A stretch of 64,000 nucleotides of DNA from Toensbergia leucococca (taxonomy: Eukaryota), in assembly GCA_022813965.1 (NCBI GenBank), contig JALDZS010000127.1, positions 1-64,000 of the forward strand, read 5' to 3'. Every line of letters starts with the position of its first letter. Within the stretch, counting starts at the first letter, position 1. A program made the position numbers and the translations under genes. The notes below the pieces were generated by a model, which saw only the letters and a list, made by a program, of their open reading frames with translations, made no database searches and was not told the DNA's origin. This document shows positions 38,328-51,196 of this stretch, piece by piece.

Positions 38328-39421
38328 GATTGTGAGTGGAGAGACTGTCGGCTGGAAAAGAAAACGATTGTGGCTGAAGTGAGCATACAACGATTGGAAT
38401 TTGTTGATGTTATCGAGTAATCACGATACCATGGAAAGATGAGGGGAAAATGAGGAGTCTGCCGAGGGGAAGTCATGTGATTCCATATGCCCTGACGGAT
38501 CACCTCGGAAATGATCCCCTCATATGTTTCCATTTGGCTTGTGTTTTCACTGGGAGTTGGGTATATAGATGAGGTGGTATCCCATCAAGAGTGTTCATCA
38601 AATAGAGAGTCTTTCGACCTACTAGTTAATCCAAAATTCCTCTATTCAAATGATCACCTATTTATATAAATATCGATCCTAAACCTCAACAGAATTTGGT
38701 GAAAATTGGATGATGGGTAGGACAAAAGAAAGTCTGCTTGGTCATTGGTGAGGATACGGAGTACGGAGTACCTTAAGGCCACTCATGCCAAACCCTATAT
38801 TTCACACCGAGCCATTAGGGTTAGGGTTAGAATAGCTCCGGGTTGAGTGAGAATATTGATCCGGCTCCGCCGTGGCACTTGAGCCGTGGCCAAAGAGGAA
38901 CTCCGCCTGCATCACCATCATCACTCACTCGACAGCGTGATGAAGGGCAAGTCATACTGCATTTCTTACCTCTCGCCCTCTCAATCCCTGTTATCACCAC
39001 CACCAAAAACACCAACATCAGCCCATCCATTGCCCAGCCAGTAATATGTCGGGCCCTCCCATCAATTTGGCTTACTGACCTGCAAGCTACTCGCTGACAT
39101 GAGCCGCCCTCCACCCTAGCCCCACCCTAAAGCTCTCAGCTCCACTCAAGACCTTACCTCCCTACCATTTCAAGTTTAGCCGTGGGCCACGCTCTTCTCA
39201 CCCTCGACAGCCAAGGTCGCGCTTCTGCAAGTCCCACGATGGCGCTGACAGGCCGACGACAATGTCTTCTCACCTGAGAGGCGGGAGAAGGTCGTAGAGC
39301 CAGAGTGCAACTGTGCTGAAATGAATACTAATACCACCATCGTCCCAAGCCCATTCTCTGCTCTACTCTCAACGACGAAACCGAGACCGCGCCCAACCCT
39401 TTGCCTTCACTAACACCAATA

Positions 39422-39986
39422 ATGCATTCCGCCCCCATCGCACTCCTCCTACTCTCCACCCTCGCCAACACCCTCCCCACCAATCCCAATACCGAGATCT
39501 CACTCATCAACAAACCCAACACCATTCCTCTTCCCGCAAGCACAACAATCATACCCTCCAACCCCCATGACCTTGCCATCGGCGGCGTCTACATATGCGC
39601 CGATATAAACTGGGGCGGCACGTGCGGCTATGCCGTGCAACCGACATACACATGCATAGATCTCGGTAGCGACTGGGACAAGAAGATCAGTTCATTTGGA
39701 CCGGACGAGAGCACGGAATGTGTTCTTTACAAGTGAGTCTGCGGAACACTACTCCCATCCATTCGAGAGCACTACTCGCTCAAAGGATGTTTGTGTTTTT
39801 TTGGCTAAGTCCAAGTCCGCGAGAAATAGTGTCCACGGCTGTCTACCCGACTACGCATCTTTTCCCAACGGCCAGCCAGATATCCACTACCCCGGCGTGG
39901 CAGACATGAGGACAATCAGCTTCAATGACCTGACGAGCTCTTTTCGGTGCTATCCTACTTCTTCGGGTGCTGCTACGGAATTATGA
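39422..39986 (+). CDS. Small secreted Cys-rich protein, beta/gamma-crystallin-like
   Basis: Signal peptide; GVYIC.D.NW.G.C, WDKKISSFGPD, FNDLTSSFRC twin Greek-key signatures; intron 39733-39829. Confidence 0.8.
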
Positions 39987-41392
39987 GGGCGAAAAAAGGA
40001 GACGTGAAGAATGAACATCAAAGTAGAAGAATGATGAATGCACAATAAAAATAATCAAAATCAGTCTCAATCGCTCAGTTCCTGTATCTGATCTATTATC
40101 ATCTCTCAGTAAACTAACTCGGTACTCCTTCCACAAAACTTCCAATAAAAAAAATAAATCCGCCTTCAATCTGACACAAGACCTCACATCCCCACCATCA
40201 AAAAGTAAAGAACCAGACCGTAAAGCCACACGCACGTAGGTATCCGTAGGTAAGGTCCATCCCAGAAAAACCCAGCCCGCCTCAACAGCCCCACCAAAAA
40301 AACCCCCCACATCCATCCCTCCCTCCCTCACCAAAAAGAAAAAAAGAAGAAAAAGAAAAAGAGTGCAAAAGAAATGAAGAGCCGGGGAGAACTGACGGAC
40401 AGAAGACGTAGCGATGGATAAGAGCCAGCTACCTACCTACCACGTGAGGACAAGTGAAAGGGGGGGAGCTGAACAACCCGTCCGAACCAGAGAACCCACC
40501 CTCCCCAAAACCTTCCCCCCGCCTCCCTCGCCTCCCACTTCCATGCCCAAGAACAGGAAGGTAAAGATCTTACAAACCCCAAACCCCAAAAACCAAACAC
40601 ACACCCTCAGATTCCAGAACGTCGGTTATTTTGAAAGAATATCTTACCCCCCATCGCAACTTGTATGAACCGACTATATCGTAGATGCGGTGAACTAACA
40701 ACCCTCCCAAAAATTCATCGAAATTGCCCAAAGTAGGCACCCATCTTCACGTCCCCCTCCTCAAGAACCCTCTGCTCCACCACCTCAACCACCCCTCTCC
40801 GCAAAAGCCCCAATTGCTGCAAAACACTCGATCCAAAATCCAGCTTACCCATCCGACCTTCTTCCCCAAAAATCGGATACACCGTCCCTGCAAAAGTCTT
40901 TCTCCTCTAACAAGTCACAGGAAGGTCTTGACTCTCGTATCTTACGGCCCCTCAAGCGTGGATGACGGTCCGGCCAACAGCGGTTCACTCATTCTTGTAA
41001 CTCGTAGTAAAGAGGGACGTCCACGTCCATGGCGGTGGAATTGCCGGTGATGAGGGCGTTCGGTGTCTGGGTAGGCTGTGGGCGATTGGTAGGATGGTGA
41101 TGGTGGCGACAAGGAGGCTATCTATCATTTTGAAAGGGATAGTTGGGCTATTTTTAGGAAGGGAGAAAGAGTCTCCGGTGTTGAGAACTGTTTGGAAAGA
41201 TGATGCTGGTTTTCTGTGGGTGATGGATGGTAGGAGCGTGCTGTGTGAATGAGGTCAGTGAGTGAGGCCTTTCAAATACCTGTTCCAGAAACTCTTCATC
41301 CATCATCTGAACTCAAGACTCAACATTTCTCCCTGTCATGGACCCCTTCAAGAGAAACTCACCCACATTCACTACACACCTCGCAGTCAGAC

Positions 41393-43395
41393 TCAGGCAA
41401 CACTCCCCTCACCCCCAACCCGCTCAACAGTCCTCACATCCCCATTCTTCTCCCCCCCAGCTCGCTCATCAACAAGCGACAAATCTTCACCCGCAAACAA
41501 CCGATCCACATCCTCCAGCTCCAACCCTTTAGTCTCCGGAAAATACACATATATGACAGGCACCCAAGCCGCGTTCAAAACAGCAAATATGACATAAGTG
41601 CGCCAGCCAATGTTTGCGATTGCCGGAGGGGTGATTTGGACGACGGTGTAGTTGAAGATCCAATTTGCGGCTGTGGACATGGAGGAGCCGCGTTGACGGA
41701 GGCGGAGGGGTAGGATTTCGGATCTGGTATTTGAAAAGAGGGTGAGTGTATTACGGGGACGGCTTGGAGAGAGTAGAAAAGAGGTGGATATATTGGAAAG
41801 GTGTTTCAGAAATCACTGGATGTTAACAGATTGAAAGAGACGTACGGATAGACCCATACTGTGGCTTGAAAACCGATGGTAAAAGCGCCTTCAAAGACAA
41901 AGAGCATAGCTGCGGCTCCTATACCGGCTGCGTGAGCGACAGAAGTATGGTGTTGGACCTGATATATAAGAGCTGCTTGAACGGCCAAAACCAGTGCCAT
42001 TAGAGAGATCATTGAGAGGAGCTATTTTGCCATGTCAGATCCTGCATCTTGGGGATTAACCAGGGAGAAAAGGGGCCCTTACTAGAGGTCGACGGCCTAT
42101 TCTGTCTATGAGAAGCCATGGAATGAAGGAGGCGACAAAGAACCAAGTTTGGAGGAATCCAGACATTAAGGCGGACATGTGGGGAGAGAACCCAATGCTG
42201 CTTTGGAAGAGGGTACCTGAATAGTCTGTAGGTGGGATGATGATAAGAATGGGAGTTTTGACTGGGGAGAAGATAGAGGACCGCCTACAGATTATAGCAT
42301 TTATGCCGCCAAGTTGTTGGAATGTCTTTCACATGGTGAGTATTCTTGGAAGACTGGATTCGTGACTTTTGCTAGCACGTCAGACTCACTTGGATAGCAC
42401 AAGCGATTAAAAATCTCCTCTGACTCTGGATATGATCATTTTTCGACAGATCTTTCCATGATCCCGCCCCAATCGCAGCCTCCTGGGCGGCAATCTTCAG
42501 GATATCTCGATGGAGATCACGGATGGCAGCATCATCGTCCTTGCCACTGCGAAGCCTTTGGAGGACTAGCAGAGCTTCATCTGGTCTATCATGAGAGGCG
42601 AGCCATCTCGGAGTCTCAGGTATCAGTAGGAGAATGAAGAGCATGGGAAAAAGAAAGAAGCATTGCAGGATCACAGGGATTCGCCAGGCATAGCTTGCAA
42701 TGTGAGAGGAGAAGGCGTAGTCGACCCAATAGACAAATGCTGTGCCAAAATTAAGGGTGGAAAGCTGCGCACAGACAACTGACAAAACATGTCAACATAT
42801 CTCCTCAAACCCCTGAAATTCCTGGTAAGAAGATAAAAGACATACATCTTCCTCGCGTTGCTTTAGGACTAAACTCTGCTTGCAAGACAGGGACCGTTGA
42901 ATTGATGGCACCAAGGCCAATGCCTGAAACCACGCGTGCTATGATAAGCTGGGTACGGGAATAGGCAGTGGCCTGTAGAGTAGATCCGATGATCATGACA
43001 ATCACTCCCAGCCCGACGCTTTTTCTTCGGCCAAGTTGTTCGCCATAGAAAGCGGTAAAGAGAGAACCGAAGAAGGCTCCAACTGTATCATTGCTGAGCA
43101 ACAAACTTGCTTCTCCATAAGGGATCACCGTCGAGGTTGAGACACACCTTCAAGTATGGCAACGATCAATCCGATGATAGTAGGACTCGGGGTGTCGAAA
43201 GAAGCATTGAAAGAAGCACCGCTGACTAGGATACAGTCACGAACATTCACACTGCTCTTCTATAGCTGAAGAATCCAAGGTCAGACACTTACCAAGGCCA
43301 CCCATCAAACCATTGTCGAAGCCGATCTGAAAGAAGCCTAGAGCGGTGAGTAGGGTGACAGTACCTAACAGGACCTGACCTTGGGGCTGAAACAT
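41393..43395 (-). CDS. MFS sugar/polyol porter
   Basis: GFDNGLMG, LGRRK, PVLQAE, PETPRWL, QQLGGINA, FPETKG motifs across many exons. Confidence 0.9.
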
Positions 43396-44128
43396 GACGA
43401 GGGAAGTGGCCTGGCGATTGCTTCACAGATGTCTCAATCGAATACGAATGCTCCGGCCAAAGCTACTGCAAGTGCTGGACCCGAATTTTGATGTGATATG
43501 GGCAGATGTTGGACGTTGACAATGTAAATCGAATCGTCAGTGGCTGAACATGGGCGCAAGGGCAGATGAGATTTCGCTTGCAAAGAAATGCACTAAGGCG
43601 CCGCGGTGGGGTAAAGGTAGACGAGAGAGAAGAACATGCGGGGCATCAGAGACTGCAGGTGGGAAGTGAAAATCAAAGAGGAGTCTAGACCGGCAGTGCC
43701 GTCGATTTGCATCCTGCAGGAAAAAGGCAAAAGTGACAAGGAAGAAAAGGAAAAAGAAAAAAAAAGGAGGAAAGAAGAAAATAGAAAGTAGAAAATGAAT
43801 GCAAATCGACTCGATGACTGGAAATGAAGAAAGAGTAAAGGCAAGCTGATAAAAGCAAACAGACGCGTTGTCTTAGGTAGCATTTATATAAACAATACCT
43901 ATCCTATCGTGAGGTGCTCCAAGATCAATATACTCTGCAGAGCTTCCCACCCTCCACCTCGATCATCACCGGTCATGTACATTCAGCAATCATAAGCTTA
44001 CCACCAATCAACAGCTAGCGATATCATCACTACCTCTCAAAGTCATGTGCATTTGCCTTTTCCTTTTATGAATTTCCATTCTCCATTCTACGAAACATGG
44101 TACCTGATTCTCATCCCGCGCAGCCTTT

Positions 44129-45489
44129 TTACTTTCCTGCCTGTTCAGGGATCTGAGTGATAAGCTTGTGTTCATATATTGCGCTCCGAAGATTCGACAA
44201 CACGAGACGTTCCATCTCCGCCTTGCCACCAAATTAGTAAAGCGCCATATGTTACAGCATGTCACGTCCGTGCAAGGATTGACACTCACCTGCGTCTCAA
44301 AAGTAGCAGTCCCAATATGGGGTAACAACACCACCTTGTCGCTCTTCAATAGACCCTCGTGAATCGTCGGTTCTTCCTCATACACGTCCAGACCAGCTGA
44401 GAATACTTTCCCACTCTCTAGAGCAGACACGAGCGCTGCCTCATCTATGAGTTTCCCCCGCGCCGTATTTATTATGATAACACCGTCCCTCATCTTTTTA
44501 AATTCGGGAGCACCAATTATATGTCTAGTAGACGCGTTGAGGGAAAGGTTCAGGCTGATGACATCGGATGTAGAAAGGAGATCATCAAAGGATACGTAGG
44601 TGGCATCCCCGGCTTGAGACGGATTGAGTGGTTTGCGGTTATGGTAGTGGATCTTCATACCAAATGCGCGAGCGCGCTTGGCCAATTCCTACTGTCCTAT
44701 GAGCCGCTGCTGTCTACGCCTTCCAAAGGATCGATTTTACCCCACCGATTCCGCCCATTCCTAAGATACCGAGAACCTTGGACTGTGGATCATAGCCCAA
44801 GCCGGACTTTCCTCTCCATTCACCTAGAGAGTTTTATCGTCAGCCATCAATTTTTACGACGAATTCTATCGGGTTTGTGTAAGACTATACCATTTCTAAG
44901 CGCTAGAAAAGGGATCGAGATACGCCTTAGAGCCCCAATCATAAGGAATGCAGCGATATCCGCTGTAGCATTGTTGACTGCCTGAGGTGTACTTGATACG
45001 GAGATTCCTAAAACAGATGATTAGGTTTCATCGGAAATGCGAGGCTGTTGGGACATAAACCCACCTCGTTGTGTGCAAGCAGCGACGTCGATATTGTCAT
45101 AGCCTGCACCATTATGGCAAATGTACTTGATACTAGCCGGGAGCTGGGAAAGTAAGGCCTCGTCAATGGGCCCTGTCACCTGAGATATGTGGGCTTAGAC
45201 AATTTGTAGAGACGTACGCGCATGAGGCGAGAATGAGACAAGTTACGCTGGTGGACTCATTGCTCCGGTAGATAGCAACGACATTATCAAATTCACCCTT
45301 CTGACATTTCTGGATGAAATCTTCCCGTGTACCTTCGTTATACTCCTGCGGCGAGGACTTTCAGCTGAGCCTGCTGATGCCATTCCGAGAGATTGATCCC
45401 ACCTTGAGGACGATGCCGGGAGAGAGTCTGTGCCATTCATCTTTGACATGGCTAATGTGTCCTATGAGCAAGGCGCTGGGTGAAGACAT
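44129..45489 (-). CDS. D-isomer-specific 2-hydroxyacid dehydrogenase (glyoxylate reductase-like)
   Basis: HNGAGYDNID, GILGMGGIG, INTARG, GLDVYEEEP, LPHIGT; several introns. Confidence 0.9.
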
Positions 45490-45862
45490 CTTGAAGAAGT
45501 GGGAAGCAGGAAGTGTGTTCAATCTTAATCGCGAAGATTGTATGTACCTTATGCTGTCATTTGCTGTCGTTACTTTTTGCCGTAATGGGTCGATGATTGT
45601 GGGGTAGCTATAGCCGATGCTGGGGGATACCTAATCTCGAGAAGAGCAATAAACGGCGGATATCGCTCAATGGATTCAGTCCCATTCAACTCATTCGCAG
45701 AGTCCAGGGAAGTTTCCGGTTTGTAAAAACGACAGCCAACAACAGTATATTCCCAGGTCTTGAAGACTAGAGATCCTTATTGCCATGGTAATGGATCTTA
45801 CGTCGTAATTCGTAATATGATTATTGACATACTCGAAATGTGGCCTGCAGTGCCTTTCTATC

Positions 45863-46876
45863 TCACCTCAATCCTCCTCCTACTACCAGACTCTGCCCTG
45901 TTGCAAATCCCGTCTTTGCAAACATACCCACTGCGATGGCTACTTCCTCCGGTGTGCATAGTCTACCCAGCGGGATTCCTTGAACCACCACTGGCTCAAC
46001 GCTTTTCTCATTGGGAATCATGCCTGTTGATCCCACTAGCGCTGGTGCGACGTCGTTCACGGATATGTTGTATTCAGCAAGGCGCGAGGAAAGATTTTTC
46101 ATCATCGATATGACACCACCTTTGGAAGCAGCATAATCTGTGCATATACTGCTCAAGAGAAGATTTCGTGGAGAATAGACAGGCACTTACGGCAGCCGTT
46201 AATGCCAGCTCCATACGCAGCGATGGACGAGACGAAAATGATGCGGCCCCATCGCTGGTTCTTCATACCTTCAACGACCCCTTTGACCAGCTGGAAGGGA
46301 GCGCGTAAATTGACATTGAGAGTATGATCAAATTCTGATAATGGGATGTCCCTATCCAAGCCAGTTGTCAATCAGATGTCGGAATGAATAGTGATGAGAT
46401 TGTCATAGCTTACCATACGTCCCTAATCCTCTTCCCGTATCCCGCATTAGAGACCAGTATATCCACAGGGACATGATGCTCCTTCTGTATCTGTTGAAAC
46501 AAATTCTCAATCTCTTCGGTAGATGTTAGGTCAACCTTGTGGACTGAAATCCGCAGATGTGGCTGCCGGATGACTCGATCTCCATTGGCGTGCTCATCCT
46601 TTTCGATATGTTGTGTTTGCAATTCTTGAGCCAAGGCCTCGATGCTTTCCCGGTTACTTGAGTAGGTCAATGCTAAGTGGAGGCCTTCAGCCGTGAGGTT
46701 GCGTGCGCAGGCTGCCCCAATGCTGCGTATTCCCGACAGCAAATCAGCTATGTATGAGGGATATCGAGGGCAGCGAATAGTTGTATTGCGGAGGATGAGG
46801 CTTGGAGAGTAGCATACCCACCTGAAGCGCCAGTGATGAGAGCTAGGCGGCCACGGATGTTAGTATGTTCAGACAT
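45863..46876 (-). CDS. Short-chain dehydrogenase/reductase (FabG-like)
   Basis: TGASG-IG, SNAG, VSS, YAASK, NDVAPALV, TGQSLVVGGG; three introns. Confidence 0.9.
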
Positions 46877-47640
46877 GACGATGGCCAATGGATACAAGGT
46901 CTGCAGACTTGAGGGAAAGATGGAAGTAGTGCAGAACTTGTGCGTTCCGCTGGCGATTCGAAAGGACGATGCTCTCTGGGGAAGATATCGCAAAGTTGAG
47001 AGCAGGGACGCCAAGAGGTTCCGCACCGAATTGCTCTAGAATAGGTAAGCCTAGCCCTAAGTGGTAAGGATGTGGATGATAGATGCTGCTAACCCGGAAA
47101 AGTATAGCTCGCTTGGCGGGGGTAGGTAGATCGGGAGGTAAGGTACCGAGGCTCGAGATACCGAGGTACCCCCTCGACCTCAAGGACTGAGGCAACGAGC
47201 AGCTCGTCGTCTCCAGGTCTCTATCATCAACATCATCAACTCCCTTTGCTGTCAAGTATCATCTTTCAAAGGCTTCATTCGGATGTAGCATCATCCCAGA
47301 GATACATGCAGTACTCGTAGTCATATCCTTTGTGAATGCTAGCGATGCCCCAGTGACGGATGATATCAACGTGGCTCAATTTTCCGCCGTCTGACTGTCC
47401 CCATCTCAGGATCCAATTGCGACCAACACCATGAATAAAATAGCGCCATCGATTGCGCAGCTGAGAAATGCACGTCTAATGGCCGGCGTAAATTGTGTCT
47501 GTTTAGGCTGCAGCGACTACCAAACCAGCTGAACGCGGCTGAAGAGTCAGGCAAACAAAAGGCCGAGCCAACGACCACGACATTATAATTGTCTTTGATT
47601 TCTGCAACTTACACTTCTTGATCTCAACAACCGTCAAAAA

Positions 47641-49863
47641 ATGGCATCGGAAACGAAGACCACCGACATCCTTCAATCCAAGCCCAGCGACGATGGAACT
47701 TCTGTCGACGGCGACGCTGTCCCAACTCCGCCATCAGATGCACCCTCCATTGACGACGATGCCCCACTTGGCTCCCGGAGCGAGGTGAAAGCTTTAGAAG
47801 AGCGATACACCAAAAAGGGCGATGTTGAAGTCCTAGAGAAAGACCAAGTGCCCAAGTCCGCTCAGCACGATTCCTTTGCCGCCTACGCCCTAGTGTCCAA
47901 GCAGGACTTTGATGTCAAGCATAAATTGCAAAAGACAACCCTTCAGATAAACTCTCCTCAGCTGCTTCAAGTCCTGAAAGAAGTCGTGACATACTACCCA
48001 AGTAATCCTTTAGACTTTGATACCCCCTTCAGTATCGAGGCTCCTTTCCACATGTTCTACCACCATCGCCAAGAATTCGCCCAATATACTGCAGATACCA
48101 CTGACGAAACGACCAAGGCCCATCTCCAATTGTTTCTAGACTATCTAAACACTCAATGGGGGAAAATGAAGACGGAAGCCGAGAAACTCAACGGCGCCGG
48201 ACTCGTCACCTTTTCCCTTCTGTGGACTATTTTCAAACCCGGTGAGCTTGTGTATCAGGCCGAACATGGCCATGAACGAGTCTTTCGTTTCCAAGACGCA
48301 TCCTATGAAGAGCACAAGGAGAACGGACTGTACTTCAAGGTAATCTGCACTTATACGTCCTATGATGGAGAGCACGTTGGCAAGGCCAAGCAAACCCTAG
48401 AGATCTTTCAGAAGCGGGAATTTGCTGGCACAAGTGCTTCGGATATCAAGTCACTCTCCATCTTTCCCTTCAAGTATTATGAGGAGCAGGATGAGTTGAA
48501 GAAACGTCTTATCAAAAGAGGTGAGAGATTCTTGGAGATGCGAGGGATCCAAGAGTACTATTACAGCGGCTTGTTCCTGTATCTCAAAACCCCGCCTGAA
48601 GATCACTACAGCGAATGCGATAACATGGCAGGTGTATGGTTGCCACGCACAGTAAGTTAAATTACATTACCTTTCCTATATATACCTTTGTTGATAAAAA
48701 CAAGGGAAGCGGCCGTATCATACTCGACTGCAAGACCTTTTCTGAGGAATCTGATGCTCAACGAGTATCCATCCAGCGTTACGATGCTAGCAACGGCAAG
48801 TCCTCCATCACTCCCAGCGTGAAGGTTACTATTATCAGTGGTCTCATCCAGCGACTAATAGCCCACAGTATCAAACCAACAAAACGGCACCAGCCTCGAC
48901 GGCTCAGCAGTAGATCCAATGCTCTGCCCACCATTCGCCTTCGGCTTCTCCCTTGCCGCCAAGACCTGGAGCAAGTTCTTTGTCGACTTTCTCGAGCCCA
49001 TCCATTGGCAACCCAAGCCCTTGGAATCCCTCGTGCTTCCCGACCACCAGAAGCAGGTGATCCGTGCCTTGGTGACCGCTCACCGCTTCCCGGACCAAGC
49101 CCGAGACGAGGCCTCCCTGAAAGGAAACGGTCTGGTAATGCTTCTCCACGGAGCACCCGGATGCGGCAAAACCCTAACAGCTGGTAAGCCTACTCAAAAT
49201 CTCCCTCCATCCCAGCAAGCAAACAGCTAACCCCGCTCCCCCACAGAAATCGTCGCCGAACACACCAAACGCCCCCTCCTAATCTTCTCCGCCGGCGAAC
49301 TCGGCAGCTGGGAGCATCAAATCCACGCCGAGCTCAAACGCCTGCTGGGCTACGCCTCGATCTGGAAAGCGATTGTGCTGATCGACGAAGCCGACGTCTT
49401 CCTCGAAGCGCGCACCAGCGGCTCGACCTATCAACTCGAGCAAAATGCCCTCGTGGCCGTATTTCTGCGCCAGCTCGAATTCTTCCAGGGCATCGTCTTC
49501 CTGACCTCGAACCGCATCGCCACCTTCGACGCAGCCATCAAATCGCGCATCCATCTAGCGCTGCAGTACGAGCTCCCGGATCGCGATACACGGCGGAGGC
49601 TGTGGCGGCAGCGTCTTGCTAAAGTCCCTGCGACCGAGAAAGACCTCGGTGATATTGAAGCGACGCTAGATTTTGTTGCGAAGCCCGAGATGAACGGGCG
49701 GGAAATCTCTAATACCGTTGGTACGGCTAGCACGCTTGCTCGGGACGAAGGGGCGAAGTTACAGCTGGGGCACTTGAAGGTGATATTACGCGTGTGGACG
49801 GAGTTTGAGGCGACGGTCAAGAAGATAGAGAGGAGTGCCGCTGCTGAGAAGGTCGAACGGTAG
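47641..49863 (+). CDS. Fungal AAA+ ATPase with long N-terminal extension
   Basis: Walker A GAPGCGKT, Walker B LIDEAD, FLTSNR, DAAIKSRIH, MNGREI; three introns including GC-AG 48796-48868. Confidence 0.9.
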
Positions 49864-51196
49864 TATTTATGTGAGCGAGGGCTGGTGGGGCTTTCCTTGC
49901 GTCGGGAGGGGTGGTATGCAATCTGGGATCTCTTGAATAAAAACGCAAACTTTTGGCAAGTTTTATGTGTTACGGATTGCTGTTGTTGGTTTGGTTGCAC
50001 ATGCAGCTTCGTTCAATTTACATCCCTCGATCTACCTTTCCGACCCGGAAAAGATCAAAGAAAGAGTTTCAGTCTGTTATCACCAAACACCCACAAATTA
50101 GCATACCTCCGCTTGAATATTCAACTTCAGTCTCCTCCCCTTCTTCTTCCTCAACTCAGTCAAAAAGAAGTCTCATTAATCTTAATGACTACCTCTCAAC
50201 CCCTAATCACTCACCTCTCATAAAAAAAGAATGAAAAAAGAAACAGAGTCAATTTCTCATCTCTACTGCTTGCTATCTACTTTCTCAATTGTATGCCATT
50301 TAGCAGCAAGCTTTACCTAGAATATCTTTATGATTTTGTATCTCATTCTGTCTCAATTTCTCTTATCTCTGTGCGCACCGATGTCACATATAACAGATAA
50401 ATGTAGCACCTTCTCAAAGCCGTCATCACTCCTATAAACTCTCCCCCCCCACCTCCTTCACCCCCCACCTCCTTCACCCACTCCTTTCCCCCACCCTCCT
50501 TCCCTACCCTCCTCCCTCCCTCCCTCTCCTCTCCGCACAGAAAATAGTGCATCCCAATGCATGCACTGCACAGCATAAACCCTCTGCCCCTCAAAGACAT
50601 ATTATATAAATCCTGGGCGGCGCAGAGATAAATCCCCGCCTTTTCTTATAAGAACGGACAAATGCTGTCCGGGGGGGGGGGAGGAAAGGCAGGTGAGAGT
50701 GAAGAAGGGTCTGAGTAAGGATGTCTGAGAATAGGTATAGCGCAGGTGGAAGAGTATGATCTGGTGAAGAGTTCATTTGAGGCTGGCTGTGGCTGAGGGA
50801 GAAGATGGGTGAGGCTGAGAAAGAAGTTCAGAGGGCGTTGAAAGAGATGTTGGGTCAGGAGGTGTGAGGGAGGGAAAGGATGTGATAGTGTGATAGGGTA
50901 GGATGTATCAATGAGGGTGCGTTGATCTTGAGTAAAGTAGAGCCAATAAGCCTTGATATGGTTGCCGAGGTTGGGATGCAGGCTGTCTCTTGTCCTAATC
51001 CATCGTATGCGTTGATTGGCTGTATCCCGAGCTGCAGTGTGCCATTTCTGTTGTAAAAAGGGCTGTGTGTACCTATGACAATCTCATTGCGGTACAACGC
51101 TTTGAATATCGTAGATTCTTAGACATCAAAGCATGCTGAGATGCCTCCCCGCAGTTATTTCGTAGTACGTTTCAAAGGCAACATCAATAACTGAAC

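Noticed and set aside
38815..38830. Telomerase RNA template or chromosome end
   Set aside because: Only about 2.7 repeats, internal and flanked by genes; longer than a typical ~1.5-repeat template and no recognisable pseudoknot.
50065..50860. Possible third inverted-repeat element or Starship boundary
   Set aside because: Only compositional C-rich/G-rich symmetry; no alignable TIR, direct repeat or tyrosine recombinase in the window.
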